From: Patellaria atrata CBS 101060
Taxonomy: Eukaryota
Assembly: GCA_010093705.1 (NCBI GenBank)
Contig: MU006097.1
Span: forward strand, 693,905-757,904
DNA length: 64,000 nt
Direction of reading: 5' to 3'
Part shown: positions 11,510 to 24,976 of the stretch, one piece after another
Layout of the letters: each line of letters begins with the position of its first letter
Numbering within the stretch: position 1 is the first letter of the stretch
Notes under the pieces: generated by a model
What the model saw: the letters and a program-made list of their open reading frames with translations, nothing else
Databases searched by the model: none
Told to the model about the DNA's origin: nothing
Position numbers and translations under genes: made by a program

Positions 11510-14500
11510 CTATGTGTACACTTCCTCAGTAAAGGCATTCAACCCCAGTCCCTCCTTCGCAATATCCTCTTCCTTCAAAAACAACAATGGCATCTCCACT
11601 AACGTCCCCTTAATCCTGCTCAACCACTCCTTCACCTCCCCAATACCACCTGGGAACTCCTCAGCGACCACATGGCCCCACTTGTACTTGCTGGGCTTCT
11701 TCTCCTTTCCATCTTTATCTTTCTCACCCGCCGCAAAGAAGCGGGAGTAGTACTCATCGTACTGTTTCCAGTTCCTGACACCATCGTAGGGAACTGGATG
11801 GAAGAGTTTCCCGAACGCCTCCGTATTCGTACGTGCACGAGTGTTCCAGAAGTTGATGAACCGGTCGTCGAGAGGATCGGCAACGAGTTGATCTTCGCGT
11901 GATCCGTAGTCGTAGATGTTAGGCGTTCCAACAGGTTCGAAGTTAGCATCTGGACGTTCCATGTCTTGTGCTGGTATCAATCCCAGGTGCTTTCGGAAGA
12001 TCTGTCGCCGTAGAGTTCCTGCGAATTTGGAAGCCCGCCATGGCCTTCCGTTCATGCTAGACTCGAGAGGCGTTGGGTCCTCGATAACAACGGCAATTTC
12101 GGAATCATGGTCACCTAGTTGTGACCGGTCGTTTAGATTGGCAGATCCGCAAATGACGATTCGATCATCAGCAATAAGCAGCTAATACCGTGAGCACATG
12201 CATAAATCATTGTATAGGTTTCAACCACTCACCTTAGAATGTATATAAAGCTCCTCACTCACGAATGCGTCAATTTCGTCGACGTTACCTTGCTCCCAGG
12301 GTACGTTCCGGATATCCTCACCGCCCAGCATATAGCATTCCGAGACAGAGTCCCACCTACCGCTTCCCAAACCTTGATGGTGGCCTATTTGTTGAGCACC
12401 TTGCTGATATGCCTGATATGTCTGGCCTTGGCCATACAGTCGTTCACTTGTATACCCTGTACTCGGTTCATATCCCGGCCGTTGGGAATACCGAGGAGCT
12501 TGCCCTTGGCTATATGGTTGTACTATACGACTACCTTCCTCATACATACCACCGTACGCTACATCGTGCTGTTTGCGTGCTTCTTCGTACGGAATACCGG
12601 CACGTTGCTCAGCTTCTTTCATTGCTGCACTTGAGTTGATCCGGTCATAACTACGGAGATTATAGAATCGGATGTACTCCATAGGGTTGAACCCTGCACG
12701 AGCTACCTCTTCCATGATACTATGTCCACCGCGGTTGATAGAGTCGTACTGAAACTCCATAATAGCACGAGTACCTAGAGCATCATCCCCCTTAAGATCT
12801 CCAGCAAAAGCGGGAACGGCTGGCATCAGTACAGTTACTTTAAACCTTTCGCCGGCTCTTGCTGCACGGGTGATGCGTTCAACAATAGCAGCGCCGATTC
12901 TGTTTTTGATCGGCTTTTGCTGGTCTCCTGTTGCCGTGATGAAGAATTGATTTTCAATATAGATAAAATGTTGGCTGTTTCTTATCACATTTATATACGC
13001 ATCTGCGATGGAATGCTTGCTTGTTGTTAACGTAGTCTAGATCAAAAGAATAGTTGACTCACCTCAACCGTCACTCCATGGCTCCATTTCGCGCAACTCC
13101 TAGTCAGTTGAACAGCGGCACCTCCTCGAGGCCGAGACGCAGGGGATTCTTCGTAACCGTGATGCTCGGGCGTGAAATGATCGCCATACCTGCTTTCAAA
13201 CTCCTGTCTTCCCTCATCAAGTTTTTGCTGCAATTTTTGGCGGAAACCTCCTCTACTACCGCTGAGGAATCCCCGATCTCCACGAGAATCATCTCCAAAA
13301 CCACGTTCCCCATACTCATCTTCCTCGATACCTCTTCGTCCTTGTTGGGACGGCTGAGCATAGGGCTGTCCTTGTCCGTGATGATGCATTACTCCGTGGT
13401 GGACATGACCCGATCCTTGCGAAAGGCTAAGGCGTGTGTATCTGGTATCATTTCTAGATGTATATTTCTCATCGTATATAAAGTTCCACCTCTGGATAAA
13501 GTGAGTTTGGAGGTCCTGGACCACGGGACCGCTCAAACACAAGGCGACGTCGGTCCATCCCATTCGTGAACTATTCGAACGGTCGAGTTTGTTATTTTGC
13601 CAATTAGCGACGTCTTGGAAGTCCATTACTCGGGCATTATTGAAGTCCTGACCTGGAAAGACAATGTTATTCAGATCACCCGGATGGGCATCAGCAATAG
13701 GATGCTGATTGGTATCCCAACGTCCATAGCAGAGATCTAGCCCACCCATGAACGCGGTGTGGCCATCAACAAGACATAATTTCTCGTGATGTGCCCAGTA
13801 GAGGACTGTTCCCTCGTGCGCACCGTAAATTGCTTTCAGAGCGTCACCAGGTAACTTCGATGCGCTTGCTGCAGTCAAACTCATATTCTGGAACGATTGA
13901 ACAAAAGAAGATGTCAAGACCTGTCGATCCGGGAGATGGTCAGGATGACGGAAGACGGCGATATTAGGATGTTCTTTCTCCAGTAGGTGCTTGGTATGGG
14001 CGGATGAGACTGTTATAGGAGGAGCTATTAGCGGACTTTCCTCTTCTACCATTTCCAAAGACTTGAATATAACGTCTAGCCCAAAACATGCGAGCACGCT
14101 GGTGACGGGGTCGGTGGATCGTGGCAATAGAGAATGTAGGTATTCTGGCAATGTTGGGTTTAGGTACTTACGGGTGAGGGCTTGAGTGACCTACGAAAGT
14201 GATTAGAATATGTTCGTATTCCATTTGTTCAAGTCTTACCTCTTTGTAGACGATTATATTGACCTTTACACCCCTCTCCGCAGCAGCTTTTAGCATTCGA
14301 TCAATTCGATATTCCTCATGTCGAGCTGGGGGACGCCGAAGGTAGAGTTCTGGAGACAACCACCCTGGACCCGTGAGAGAACTGCTTCCGACGATGAATT
14401 GGAACTATTGACATACAATCTAGGATCCATATTGATTCTCTTGCTTGCTCTATTGCCCTAGAGACGGCCCACATGTAACCACAACCATCAACGTACCATT

Positions 14501-14987
14501 TCACATCGTTTCCTTCTCGTGGTGGAGCAAAACTGTGAAATCTATGCTCGTGCTCATGGCTTCCGTCGGGACATACTCCGCTTTCGTGAGTATGACCGTG
14601 AACATCTCCCGTACCCGCTACTCTGCCCTTTATCTCGGTACCCAATCCATGAACCACGCTATGCACCTTGTCAAATAACCCTGACATACCCGAGGACGAT
14701 TTAGGTGGTTGTGGAGAATGCGTAGAGTACGGGTCAGATTGATAATTCTGTTGCTGTAGATGGGGTTGGTATAATTGGGTGGGATTCTCAAAACACAAAT
14801 AAGTTAGCAGTCGAGTGATTGAGGTGGAGGTCTAGTTCCTCACTGTCTGATGAGACTGTAATGGGTGATTTCCCTGTCGACGAAACCTGTTATAGACGTC
14901 ACCGAATAAACTTCGGTCGTTCTCATCATCATGCCCGTGATATTCCCCGTACGCTAGATCGTCGTCATCACGTTTCCTGTTCGCCAT
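11510..14987 (-). CDS. Phospholipase D (two HKD motifs, no PX/PH domain seen), multi-exon
   Basis: HHEKLCLVDG...GGLDLCYGRWDT and YIHSKLLIADD...GSANLNDRS motifs; HFIYIENQFF. Start MANRKRDDDDL at 14987. Includes a 19-nt micro-exon at 14190-14172. Confidence 0.95.
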
Positions 14988-15651
14988 GGTTCTCCACTAC
15001 TCGCAATCCTATTTAGCTAAGAGATACTCACAGGCGATCGAAAGCTTAAGGGTAACTTGGCAGATGAAGTAATGTCACCCAAAAGGATCTATATTAAGGG
15101 GATTGTAGCTAGGAATAATACAGATCATCTCTTATTAGGTTGCATTTGAGGAGCTGAGGATTCCCCGCCTGACGATGGAGGGGTAGTTCGAGTTCTAGTT
15201 CTAATTGTTGGCAAACTCCTGCAAGGATCAGCTCCTGGGATCAAACGGAACGTCATAGGTTTGGAAATACTACATCCAGTCTTATACAGTAAGTTCTTCC
15301 ATTGTACGCTCAATATGATTTATTCGGGGTATTATTTTACCTTCTTTTCCACGGTGTGGATTAAAAATTATCCGCAACATTGACTTTCATTATCTAGAAC
15401 TCCCAAACTAATTAATTTGATCCGTGTACTTTACAGGGACAACAAGATGGATCATTTCCAAACTTGAGGGCTCCTTTTGACTATAGTACAAGGGGAATAG
15501 AACTCAATTGTGGCCATAATATGCCATAACCATGCTTCCAATTGGCTGCTGCAGATGTTCAGCTATGACATGTGGGAAGGAAACCTATAGAATGATAAGA
15601 ATTCGAATGAATAACAGAAACCTTGGGAGACAAAAGTGCTCATACGTACTG

Positions 15652-16497
15652 TCAAAACCATCGAGCCAATTTGGATCTGTCAGGCCGTTCATTCGGAATC
15701 CCGGCCTGCTCTTGGGTCCTCTTCTTCGCCCTCTTCTTCTTGTCTCTCTCCCGCTTCTCGGTGATCATCACCAGACTCACAATGATCTCCGAGCACGACT
15801 CTCTCCAAACCTCATGATCCAATGCATTCTCCCCACCATCCAGAATCCAAATGTTCATGGCGGTGTCGAACAGCTGTCCCGCAAGCTCTGATCTTGTGAG
15901 ATTGCATCCATGCAAAGAATTGATGAACCTCTCGATAGTGAACACAAGTGCTGTGAGGGACTTGGTATCGTACGGTAAGACCGTGCCGAATCTCTCCGCA
16001 TACCAATTCGACTCATTTATGTGCTCCTGGAGAACCTTGGCAAAATCTATCTTCATCAGACCTTTCTGCACCTCGATCATCCACGTCTCTCCTTCTTCGT
16101 CCATTCTGAACAATTCGTTGTTCCCTTCGCACGTCTTCGCAATGCAAACATTCCTAGGTTGCCTTTCCATGTCTTTCGGAAGGAGGTGTAGGAAAGAGGG
16201 AGTCACTTTTTGAAGCCACTCACGCAGGCAACCTTCGTGGTATGTGCAACCGCAAGGAACCTGGAGGCGCGGCGATTGTTTGACATCGCTTTCAACACCG
16301 CAGAGCACACAGAGCGCGTACGTTGTATTGTCCTGGATCAGCGCTCGCTTCAAAAAGCGATTGACACGGGCATTGAAGATTAGGTTGTTGAGAAGCATGA
16401 GCGAGAGGTCGGACGTAATTGATTCTTGGGCTGGTGGAGCAAGTGCAGAATAGGACGTCCAGTCCTGTATGGGGAAAGAAGAGCTCAGGCGATACAT
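15652..16497 (-). CDS. RING-finger-like protein, 281 aa (start uncertain)
   Basis: CVLC...PCGCTYHEGCLREWL...CIAKTC resembles a RING zinc-ligand pattern; basic C-terminal tail. Confidence 0.6.
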   Translation of the reverse strand: MYRLSSSFPIQDWTSYSALAPPAQESITSDLSLMLLNNLIFNARVNRFLKRALIQDNTTYALCVLCGVESDVKQSPRLQVPCGCTYHEGCLREWLQKVTPSFLHLLPKDMERQPRNVCIAKTCEGNNELFRMDEEGETWMIEVQKGLMKIDFAKVLQEHINESNWYAERFGTVLPYDTKSLTALVFTIERFINSLHGCNLTRSELAGQLFDTAMNIWILDGGENALDHEVWRESCSEIIVSLVMITEKRERDKKKRAKKRTQEQAGIPNERPDRSKLARWF

Positions 16498-17089
16498 GGT
16501 GGAACGGCCGACTTTGCACGACGAGTCCTGTGTATCGCTTATGTTGTTATTGTATTTGATTTGATGATTGCTAAGTTGTTGATAGACGTCGTTGAGGTTT
16601 GTTTGGCTTTCAGGAGAGAAAATGAGAATGGAAAGTTGCGTGTGGAAAGCGAGGTTTAAATAAGAAGATTGTTGGTGTTGACATATATTCGTACGTGAAC
16701 TGTGACTTTGTGAAGTGACAAAATAAAAGGGGTTTGGCGAACAACCGCGTGATCTTCTATGCGTCCTAATTCACGGTGGACATTCCTCGCTGATTGTACG
16801 TTTGTTGTACGAGCATTGATAAACAGTACCATTAATTTTTGGAGAACCTTCATAGTTAATATGACTTAGCTGTTTAAACCAGCGGTGGTGCAAATGTACA
16901 GCCTACTCATCCCGTACAACTCAGCCAGAATGGTTGTCGATAATAATCGCACCATCCGTAAGGAACTCCCATGACCACAGAAAGGATAAGCCTGATCAGA
17001 TCTAAGTATCCTTCTTCCAATCTCTTTCTGATGCCATTGCTGCTTGCGCCTCTTTCCACAGTTTCCATGTAACCTCTGGTTGACCACCA

Positions 17090-19613
17090 TTTTCTATTAT
17101 CATACTAAAGGCTACGCCGTGTTCAGTACCATGATCCAGGGAGTCTTGGTCTGCTCCTGCGTGGATTAGAAGTTTGGATATCTCAATAAGTCCACGAAAG
17201 GCAGCAACCTGAAGAGCAGTAGACCTATAACGGCACCCAGGAGCTTCAAGATCAAAATCTGGATACTCTCATAATATGAATTCAACAATGGCGACTAGCC
17301 CAAAGGATGCTGCATAATACAGAGGTTGAGAAGCTTCAATATACTTGAGTGGAATTTGAGGATTTTGGTACTGCACCCAGGAGCTGAAGTTTCCACCCCG
17401 TGGTAGTTTAGTCGTCTCTAGGATTTCCGATATTCTTAAGAGACCCTCTTGGTCTACTGACATTTCGTGGATTCCCCATTGCAACACAGCGTAGTCAAGG
17501 AAGGAGTATTGCTTACACAGCCAATCATCGCCACGGAAAAAAGAATGTTCAGGTGTAGGATCTACAAAATCTTCAAAAATCAGATATGTAAAACACTTAT
17601 GCATAATCCTCGCATTAGTTGATTTATGTTCCAGTGTAAAGAATGACGCTGGGCTAGAGACTATCCACTCAGAGGTTAAGAACGTTTTGATCGATGAATG
17701 TGCGAGATACACGTCGTCAGTAAGGTCCCTGTAGATTAGAAGTCCCTGGCAAATGTTGATCAGAACATACGGATCCGGTAATCTGCTATCTTCATCCATT
17801 GAACAGTCTCTATCTTCAAGCGCAACAGCTTCCCCTAATTCGGTCAAGGTTAATGGTTTGGTAGCGAAACAACGTATCAAAAGTGCTTCACGGGCCAAAT
17901 GCATATCCGAGGGATTGTGAAGCCTGTTAAGCATGTTACTGTACGTTTGGTTAGGATTCGGCGGGATTTGGGTAAGCCTTCTTTTTATCTCTCTGCCCGT
18001 ACGACAAGCTGAGAGATTATCGAGGGTCAGTTGAGCCCATCTGAACCTAATTACTGTCAGTTTCAGAAATCTACTCTATTATCTCTTGTCTGCCGGGAGC
18101 ATTCCTCGCCCACTGTACGCTCGATTTCGAGGTGGCCTTCTCGCCCTCTTCATTGGAAATGGAAAACGTACGAAGGACCCCAATCGTACGTTACGATTGG
18201 ATGTACAACTGACGAAGGTTGGTTGATAATGTTCGATTAACCATCCAGCAGCAGATGTCCAGAAAGCGTACGGAGGCCGAGAAATGCAAACAATGACAGG
18301 GAAGGTGATATGTGGCACTTACATTCCGTCTGCACCGTCTAGAATTACTTCTTCAACTTCATCCTTCAACTCGGTTCGAATGGAGCCAAATTTTCTGTCC
18401 GAAGCGAGTCTATCACTAACAACGCGACCAATATCTTTCATGACGAGGATCGCTTCCATTGTCACAAGCTTAAGATCCATGTCAGAGACTATACTTTTAT
18501 CTGGAAATAGTGTTATTGTTAATAGCAGACGAATGTTCGGAGCAGCTTTAGTCACGTTAACCAAAGACTTGACAAGCATTACGCTTTCTTCGCTCTCATT
18601 CACTGCGTCGATACAAATGAGTGCGCCTTTTAAGCTTGCAAGGCCTCGAGACAGTAGCTGCTTAAGATTGTCCAATCGTAACCTCTTATGCAGACCTAAT
18701 TTCTTCTCTTGCTCGTATATTGGCTCGACGTCTCGTAAGATATGCGGTAGGGCCTTGGAAAGTTGAGCCACTAAAGAGCCTAGGACATTTCTAGAGTCCT
18801 GCGCATCATTATTACTGATCGTACAGTAAAAATCCAGCAGAGCGACGCTCGGATCGACCACAGGAGCATCAGATATTTCTTGAACGACGTGGGAGAACAG
18901 CGTCGTCTTTCCGGAGTCCGATTTTCCTTACAACCAAAGTATCCGTTCCTTACAGGTGTCGTCAAGCCACTCACCCAAGGGGCCGTATCGGAACCAGTCA
19001 CCTGTCCTTGGGTGCTAGAAGGCATGAGCATGATCATGGAGCTCCTGTGCATTTACAGGTGCAATCCATTTCAGAATTTCGAACTCTTTACATCTGCTAG
19101 CAGTTAGTACGCGAACTCTTATTGGCTTCGTATGAGAGAGCCTTGCCGATCCCCTTCTCATCCCGACGCTTTTTATCATCCGTCACGATATCTGAGAGAA
19201 ATTTGATATCCGAGTAAATATCTTTAAGGGTACCAGAACTTATCATTCAACATGGACAGAATAAGCCATGTCTTCACTCTTTCTAATCGTGCTAGATGAT
19301 CGTTCATTTCCTCAGCTTTAAGGGGCCAATGTAGCTTTTGGGCCAACTTCATAGCTCGAGTTTTAGGTTCCTCTACTTTTTTGAGGAGCTCTTGCAGAAA
19401 GCTTTGAGCCGATGACAGAACATCGTTCAAGTCAGTTGAATGGGTTCCTTTCAATGAGTTCGTCTGGATCTGTTCTAGAACTCCTTTAAGGGCGAACAGT
19501 TCGGAACAGAGCCTACTAATTTCGGCTCCAGCACCTTTCAAAGATGGGCGCTATTCATATACATGGTGAAGGATCTCTCTGATAGAAAGAACAAGACCAG
19601 CAATGTCCGCCAT
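17090..19613 (-). pseudogene. Fungal NLR-type gene (N-terminal helical/HeLo-like domain, NACHT, ankyrin), disrupted
   Basis: MADIAGLVLSI...YE* (TAG at codon 21, 19551-19553); KLHWPLK; ILWL*GKSDSGKTT P-loop with adjacent stop; ICIDAVNES Walker B; ankyrin-like QPLYYAASFG and TALQVAAFRG. Several stops and frameshifts. Confidence 0.85.
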
Positions 19614-20428
19614 TTTCTCTAAGATACTCGTATAGAAAGATTGAATTAGAGAAGCGTACGGTGATGAGGTAAACGCGGCTGAAGGCTGGTGCCTTAAAGA
19701 ACTATAATCTCATAGCTAGCGACAGGGCTGTAACATCAGTTCTTTGAATCTCCTGAGATTCCGACTCTCAGTTTCAATCTATCACCGGTCGCTAACATAT
19801 CAGACCACCGTTCATGATGCCCAGATATCAAGGCATTCACTATCAAGGCCGACGGGCGTATGTAATCACGTTATCTTTTGCAGTAAAAGATCATGTCGTA
19901 GAAATGAAGCACACAATAGAATACTTAGCGTCTAAATCACATATGTTTAGATGACTATTGTACAATGGAAACGGAGGTCAAGGTTTGATGAAAGGAACGA
20001 CAAGTTTTTAATTTCAAGCTTCTAGCGCCCCCTGGCCAGAGCTTCACCGTAAAACCTTCCCTGGAGCCAAGGGAGCGTTCAGACTCCAGCGAGACGAACA
20101 TTATCCCATTCGACTCTCTCTTCAAAAGTGAACTTAGACCGCAGTCAGGTTAAGTCATCATATCTATACTGTAACGTGCAAAATATGCTTCAAATGGATG
20201 ATCTTCAACATACCCTATATCCCTAAGCACAGTGTCATCGGCCTCTCCACCAGCCGAGACATTACTGCGGAACAGATATTCTGTCATACATATATTGAAT
20301 AGCTAATCCACATGTAAAGAGCATTTCTAATTTCGCAGTGTCCCTCATACTACAATTTCCTATCCTCGTCTAGAACATCAAGAAAAGTCTAAATAGCTCC
20401 GCGATCTCGACCTAGACCTCCCGCTATC

Positions 20429-20878
20429 ATGTCCGCCCAACGATTCCAAACCGTTCACGCCTTCCTCAATAGCTATAGCGAGTGCTCGGCGGATGCCTTG
20501 CTCGCATATCTATCTCCCGAATTCTCGCATCAAGTCCTGCCTACATCAATTGGCATGCCCAAACGAGATCGAGACGGCTTTGCTGGCCACGCTGCGATGA
20601 TCACCTCGGTATTTTCTTCATTCGCCATAGAGCCACAGGACGTATTTGAGGACCCAACGCAAAATGCAGTAATAGTTTATGCCCATATGAAGGGCGAGAT
20701 CAAAGGACTGGGCCCTCACAACAACGAGTGCATGATGATTCTGCGACTGAGTCAGGATCAGACGAAAATCGAGGGGATGACAGAGTTTGTGGATAGTATG
20801 GTTGCGATGGAGATGAAGCAGAAGATGGTGAAGATGATGGGTGAGAAGAATGGGACGGATGCTATGATGAAGCCATAA
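20429..20878 (+). CDS. SnoaL/NTF2-like protein (AusH/Trt14-like tailoring family), 149 aa
   Basis: Pattern FSHQVLPTS...NECMMILRL...KIEGMTEFVDS is typical of fungal NTF2-like cluster proteins. Confidence 0.8.
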   Translation: MSAQRFQTVHAFLNSYSECSADALLAYLSPEFSHQVLPTSIGMPKRDRDGFAGHAAMITSVFSSFAIEPQDVFEDPTQNAVIVYAHMKGEIKGLGPHNNECMMILRLSQDQTKIEGMTEFVDSMVAMEMKQKMVKMMGEKNGTDAMMKP

Positions 20879-21121
20879 ACTCGAAACTTAAAGAGCGGAA
20901 GACAATAAGAGCTATACGAGATTGACTGCGCGACTTAAGTTTTACCCGTATAATGTATTATTGAGCCTGCTTCGTACTCTCTTACTATTTATATTATATC
21001 CGTCATACATCTAGTGCTTCCTTTGATACAGTCTATTCCTGCTCCGAGTATATGTCATATGTCCAGTCCTCACTTCACATACCACCCATTCGTCATACAA
21101 ATATCCCTTTTCTCATTATTC

Positions 21122-21746
21122 CTACACGACCGCCTGCCCCAGCGCTAAAACCCCAGCAACAGCCGGCAACACAAGCCTCACCAAATTCCGCCGTCTCCAC
21201 CTCTCCGCCCACTCTCTCGCCTGCGCATTTCCCTTCCCATCATGCCCTTCCCTCGCCAGACCCTCCAACTTCTCATTCAACGGCTGCATATTGACCGCCG
21301 AATGCACCACATTTACAAAATGACAAACCGCAGCCACGGCGAGGAACCTCCAATCCCTACTTTTCCCAAATCCCGTGTCGTTGGTGTGGGCAGCGAAGGC
21401 AGAAAAGGCGTACCCGATGATCCCGAATGTCGAGATGGGCCGGAAGAAGCGGTTGCCGACAGCCCAGAGGAGAGGCCATTGGGCGCCGAGGTGCGCGGTG
21501 CGGGTGATGTAGTCAGGGCCTCCAGGGAGGGGGAAGTTGAGGAGGAGTGCGGGGACTGTCATAAATGATTGGGTTACGGCGTTGCCTAGAAAGGGTTAAG
21601 GGGGATCAGAAAGGGGTGTTAAGGGGGGTCAGAAGGGGTGTTAAGGGGAAGCGGTTTCAGAGAAGAGGCAACAGCGTACCAACGAGGATGAAGGAGAAGG
21701 AGATACTGCTGGCGAGGATTGTTCGTTGGAGAGTGAGGTACGACAT
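21122..21746 (-). CDS. DUF1772 / anthrone-oxygenase-like membrane protein; exons 21746-21680 and 21585-21122
   Basis: Spliced start MSYLTLQRTILASSISFSFILVGNAVTQSFMTVPALL; family-like MQPLNEKL and WRRRNLVRLVLP motifs; hydrophobic helices. Confidence 0.75.
21586..21648 (-). repeat. About 21-nt tandem repeat (roughly 3 copies) inside the DUF1772 intron
   Basis: Sense strand: CCCCTTAACACCCCTTCTGACC / CCCCTTAACACCCCTTTCTGATC / CCCCTTAACCCTTTCTAG. Confidence 0.85.
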
Positions 21747-22619
21747 AATGATCACGGGTGAAGGTGTGCTTGAGTTCTTGCTTGAAGGACTGAATACAAT
21801 TGTGATATTGGAGTATGTTGTACGCACATTTATAAACCAACGTTTCTAAAAGAACGATTTATAATGGGATCTGAACACAATTACTATCTACTCGGATTCC
21901 TTCTCTGCATAATCATCTTTATTGAATTTTCCAAGGCTTGAGGAAGCATTGACTGTTAATAGACATTGTTATAGTATTACCCCTGTTGTGAATGGTTGCC
22001 GTTTAAAGAATCTACCTTCTTGAATAGTTCGAAAGCAACTCTACATCGAGAAAAAAAGATTGAATCCGGTCTTCAGACAGTGGCTTGTTTGGCTGGCGAA
22101 AGTATTGATATTACTCCTGCAGCAAACAGTGGAGAACATCCACATTGCAAGGCATGTCAAATTCATGGCGTCCGGACGTTGTTTATCGGTACCGACAGGA
22201 GAGGCCGTTAAGCAAGCACGATGCAAGACAGTGTCATTGATTAGACTGCAGAAGCGGGTCAACTAACGCGACGGGATGCTGTGCGTACGGTATACTGTTT
22301 TCGTGAGATGGTTTTACATGCGAGGACGTTCTCCAGGAAGCATTGTCTTCCAACGTCAGGATGGAATATCTACTATAGAGATGTAAGTATAAATCTAGCC
22401 TCATGTATGATAATGATCGGTGATTATATTGTTCCGTCTGTACTGTACATAATGTGTGTCTCTATGAATTGGATAGTTATAGCCACAAACTAACACTCAA
22501 GCGTCTGCATGCTTCGACATATACAAGCCTGTGATCTTATGCAGCAGGAATGTATCTGATGCCCAAAAGATAGTCTCGTTGACCTCTGACGAATAATTGG
22601 AAGACTTCTTTGAACTAAA

Positions 22620-23035
22620 GAGTGGTCCTCCCAAGATCTACAAGGTTCTTCACCCCTACCCCCCGCCCAAAACCCTCCAGTGAAACTCCAGTCCTTAGCC
22701 TCCCTCGTCTATAAACCTAAACTCCACGACATCACCACATCAGCCCTCGGTTCCCCATCCAGCCGAACCTAAATGTCCTCAACGGTAACGCAGGAAGGCC
22801 CGATAACCCACCTCATCTCGGGTATCCTAAGGAGGGCAGATTATTCCCAGTAGTGGCACCAATTGGTGTTATGGATGTACTCTTTGGACCCGAAGGGTCT
22901 GGGGAACAGTGGAGGGCAGCTTGACAGGTACTTTGTCTGAGAACCTTCAAAGTTGATGGTAATAGTGTCTCGGGGATATAACGGAGATATGTTTGCCTTA
23001 GGTGTTAAGAATTCTATGACGATTCTGTTGTGCAA
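22620..23035 (-). pseudogene. Decayed coding remnant of unknown family
   Basis: Frame LLRIPEMRWVIGPSCVTVEDI*VRLDGEPRADVVMSWSLGL*TREAKDW has in-frame TAGs consistent with CAG>TAG changes. Confidence 0.3.
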
Positions 23036-23229
23036 GGGCTCTCGTGTCTTGGATTAGGGATGTGGTGTCTAACTCTACGGAGTACATTATGGTACGAAGG
23101 AAAGTTAAGATCAGCCCTAAATCATAGTATGCGCCCGATTCCCATCTCAGAATTATGCCCAAGTCGTCCAATCAAGACTCAAACCGAAACGAAAATATTG
23201 TGATAGTGATAACGCATCATGATCGCGCT

Positions 23230-24976
23230 TCACCTTTCCAATTCCCTGATTTCCTTTTCTTTATTGATCATCTTTGCGACTTGGAGAAATGCTTCCCGGT
23301 CCTTCTGGTCTTGAGAATCTGCTTCTTCCCACATCTCAATGATGCGCTGCGTCTTCGCTTCACTCCGAGGCTCGAACGCCATTTGGAAGGGATCTGGTTT
23401 GACGATAAGGAGTGAATTGGACTTATCCAGAGGCACATCGATCTCAAGCCCGGTTTTCGGGTCAACCTTTTTCTTAAGCGTGAATGCCCAGGCAAGGGCA
23501 CCACAAGCAACGAGTAGCTCGTCTTGGGTGAGGGACATTCCAAGACATTGGCGTTGTCCCCAACCAAATGATGACATACCTTTGATGGTAGGATGAACGG
23601 TGAGAGGTTCTTGGTAAGTGGGCCAACCTGACTCGAGCCATCGTTCCGGTCGGTAATTTTCAGGATCGGGATACTTCGTGGGATTACGAAGGAAAGCCCA
23701 GTCAAGGGGAAGTATACGCGTGCCCTTTTGGATAAAGTAGCCTCTATAGAAGTCATCTGCTTCAACTTCGTGCGCAACACCTAAGGCGATGATTAGCAAT
23801 GTACGATCAGCATTCAATCACGGTCCTCACCGGTAGGCACATTCGGTTTCCACCGCATAGTTTCTTTGATGCAAGCCCGCAGTATAGGCAAATTTGGATA
23901 GTCGTCTAGGACGGGTAGGCGATCACCGCAAACAAGGTCTACCTCCTCTTGACACTTTTTCATCCAGTCGGGGTGGTGTACCATTGATACAAGGAAGTAA
24001 TAGAGGGGTCCTGCGACTGTGAAGATACCCACGAGCGCCATCATACCAATCACAGATGATGCTTCGTAGTCTCCAGATATACGGGTACTCTTCGAATTTT
24101 CCAAAAAGGTCCTGGTAAAGCAAGGCCGTTGTTCATGTCTGGCCATCTTCTGTCTGGTTGTAATAAGACGCTCCATCCACCAGTGTTGCTGTTCATCGTG
24201 ACGTTTATGTTCCGCGATCTTCCATGGATTCATGAACTCAGGTAGATGCCAGAGTGGAGTGAGTACATTGGTGATAGGACCGGCAGGGGACATTTGAGTA
24301 AGCAACCCCCAAGCGCTTTTGGTACAATATTCGCTAAGAGTGGGATCATCCCAAGTCAATGTAACCATAACTTTCGAGGCCATGTCCTCTAGAGAGAAGG
24401 CGAAATCATCCGGGTTTTGTAGAAGTCGCCATAGCCATCGCTTTACTTCATGATACATAAGGCCATGATATTGAGCGTTTGTAGCTTCGGTAAGGTACGC
24501 GTGTGTGAACTTTCGTTGACGCGCCCAATATTCTATACTCATATGTTAAAGTAGGAAAACAAAGAGTAAACAAGGGACATACGGTTCTTCCCCATTAATG
24601 GGAGATATTCCATTGATCCATGGGTACTTTTGGAATCAAAAAGCGATCGGATGACTGGTCGATCTGAATATATCTTGGCTCTCTTGACGAGTAGTTCTTC
24701 TGCAATCTTCTCGTCCGATATAATGATGAACTTAGCTCCCAGCATCTCCGTTCTGTATATCGGTCCATATGTGTCCGCCCATTGTTTGAACTTAAGCCAC
24801 ATATAGTCTATAGGAAGGTCGTGGATTCGCCCTATGAAGGGCACCAGCGCGGGTCCTGGTAGTTCATGGTCCGCGAGAGGAGTTTCTTTCGTAGTTGGTC
24901 TTCTGGCATTGACAAGAGACAAGAAAGCAAATCCAGCTAGAGCGAGTCCTACCGCAACGATCGTGAGAGCGTGCAT
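23230..24976 (-). CDS. Cytochrome P450 monooxygenase; exons 24976-24583, 24532-23831, 23780-23230
   Basis: N-terminal TM anchor and LPGP hinge, ExxR (KETMRW), PERW, and heme motif FGWGQRQCLG. Confidence 0.95.

Noticed and set aside
19551..19553. A-to-I-correctable premature stop in the NLR gene
   Set aside because: The gene also has TAA/TGA stops and frameshifts, so editing one UAG could not restore it.
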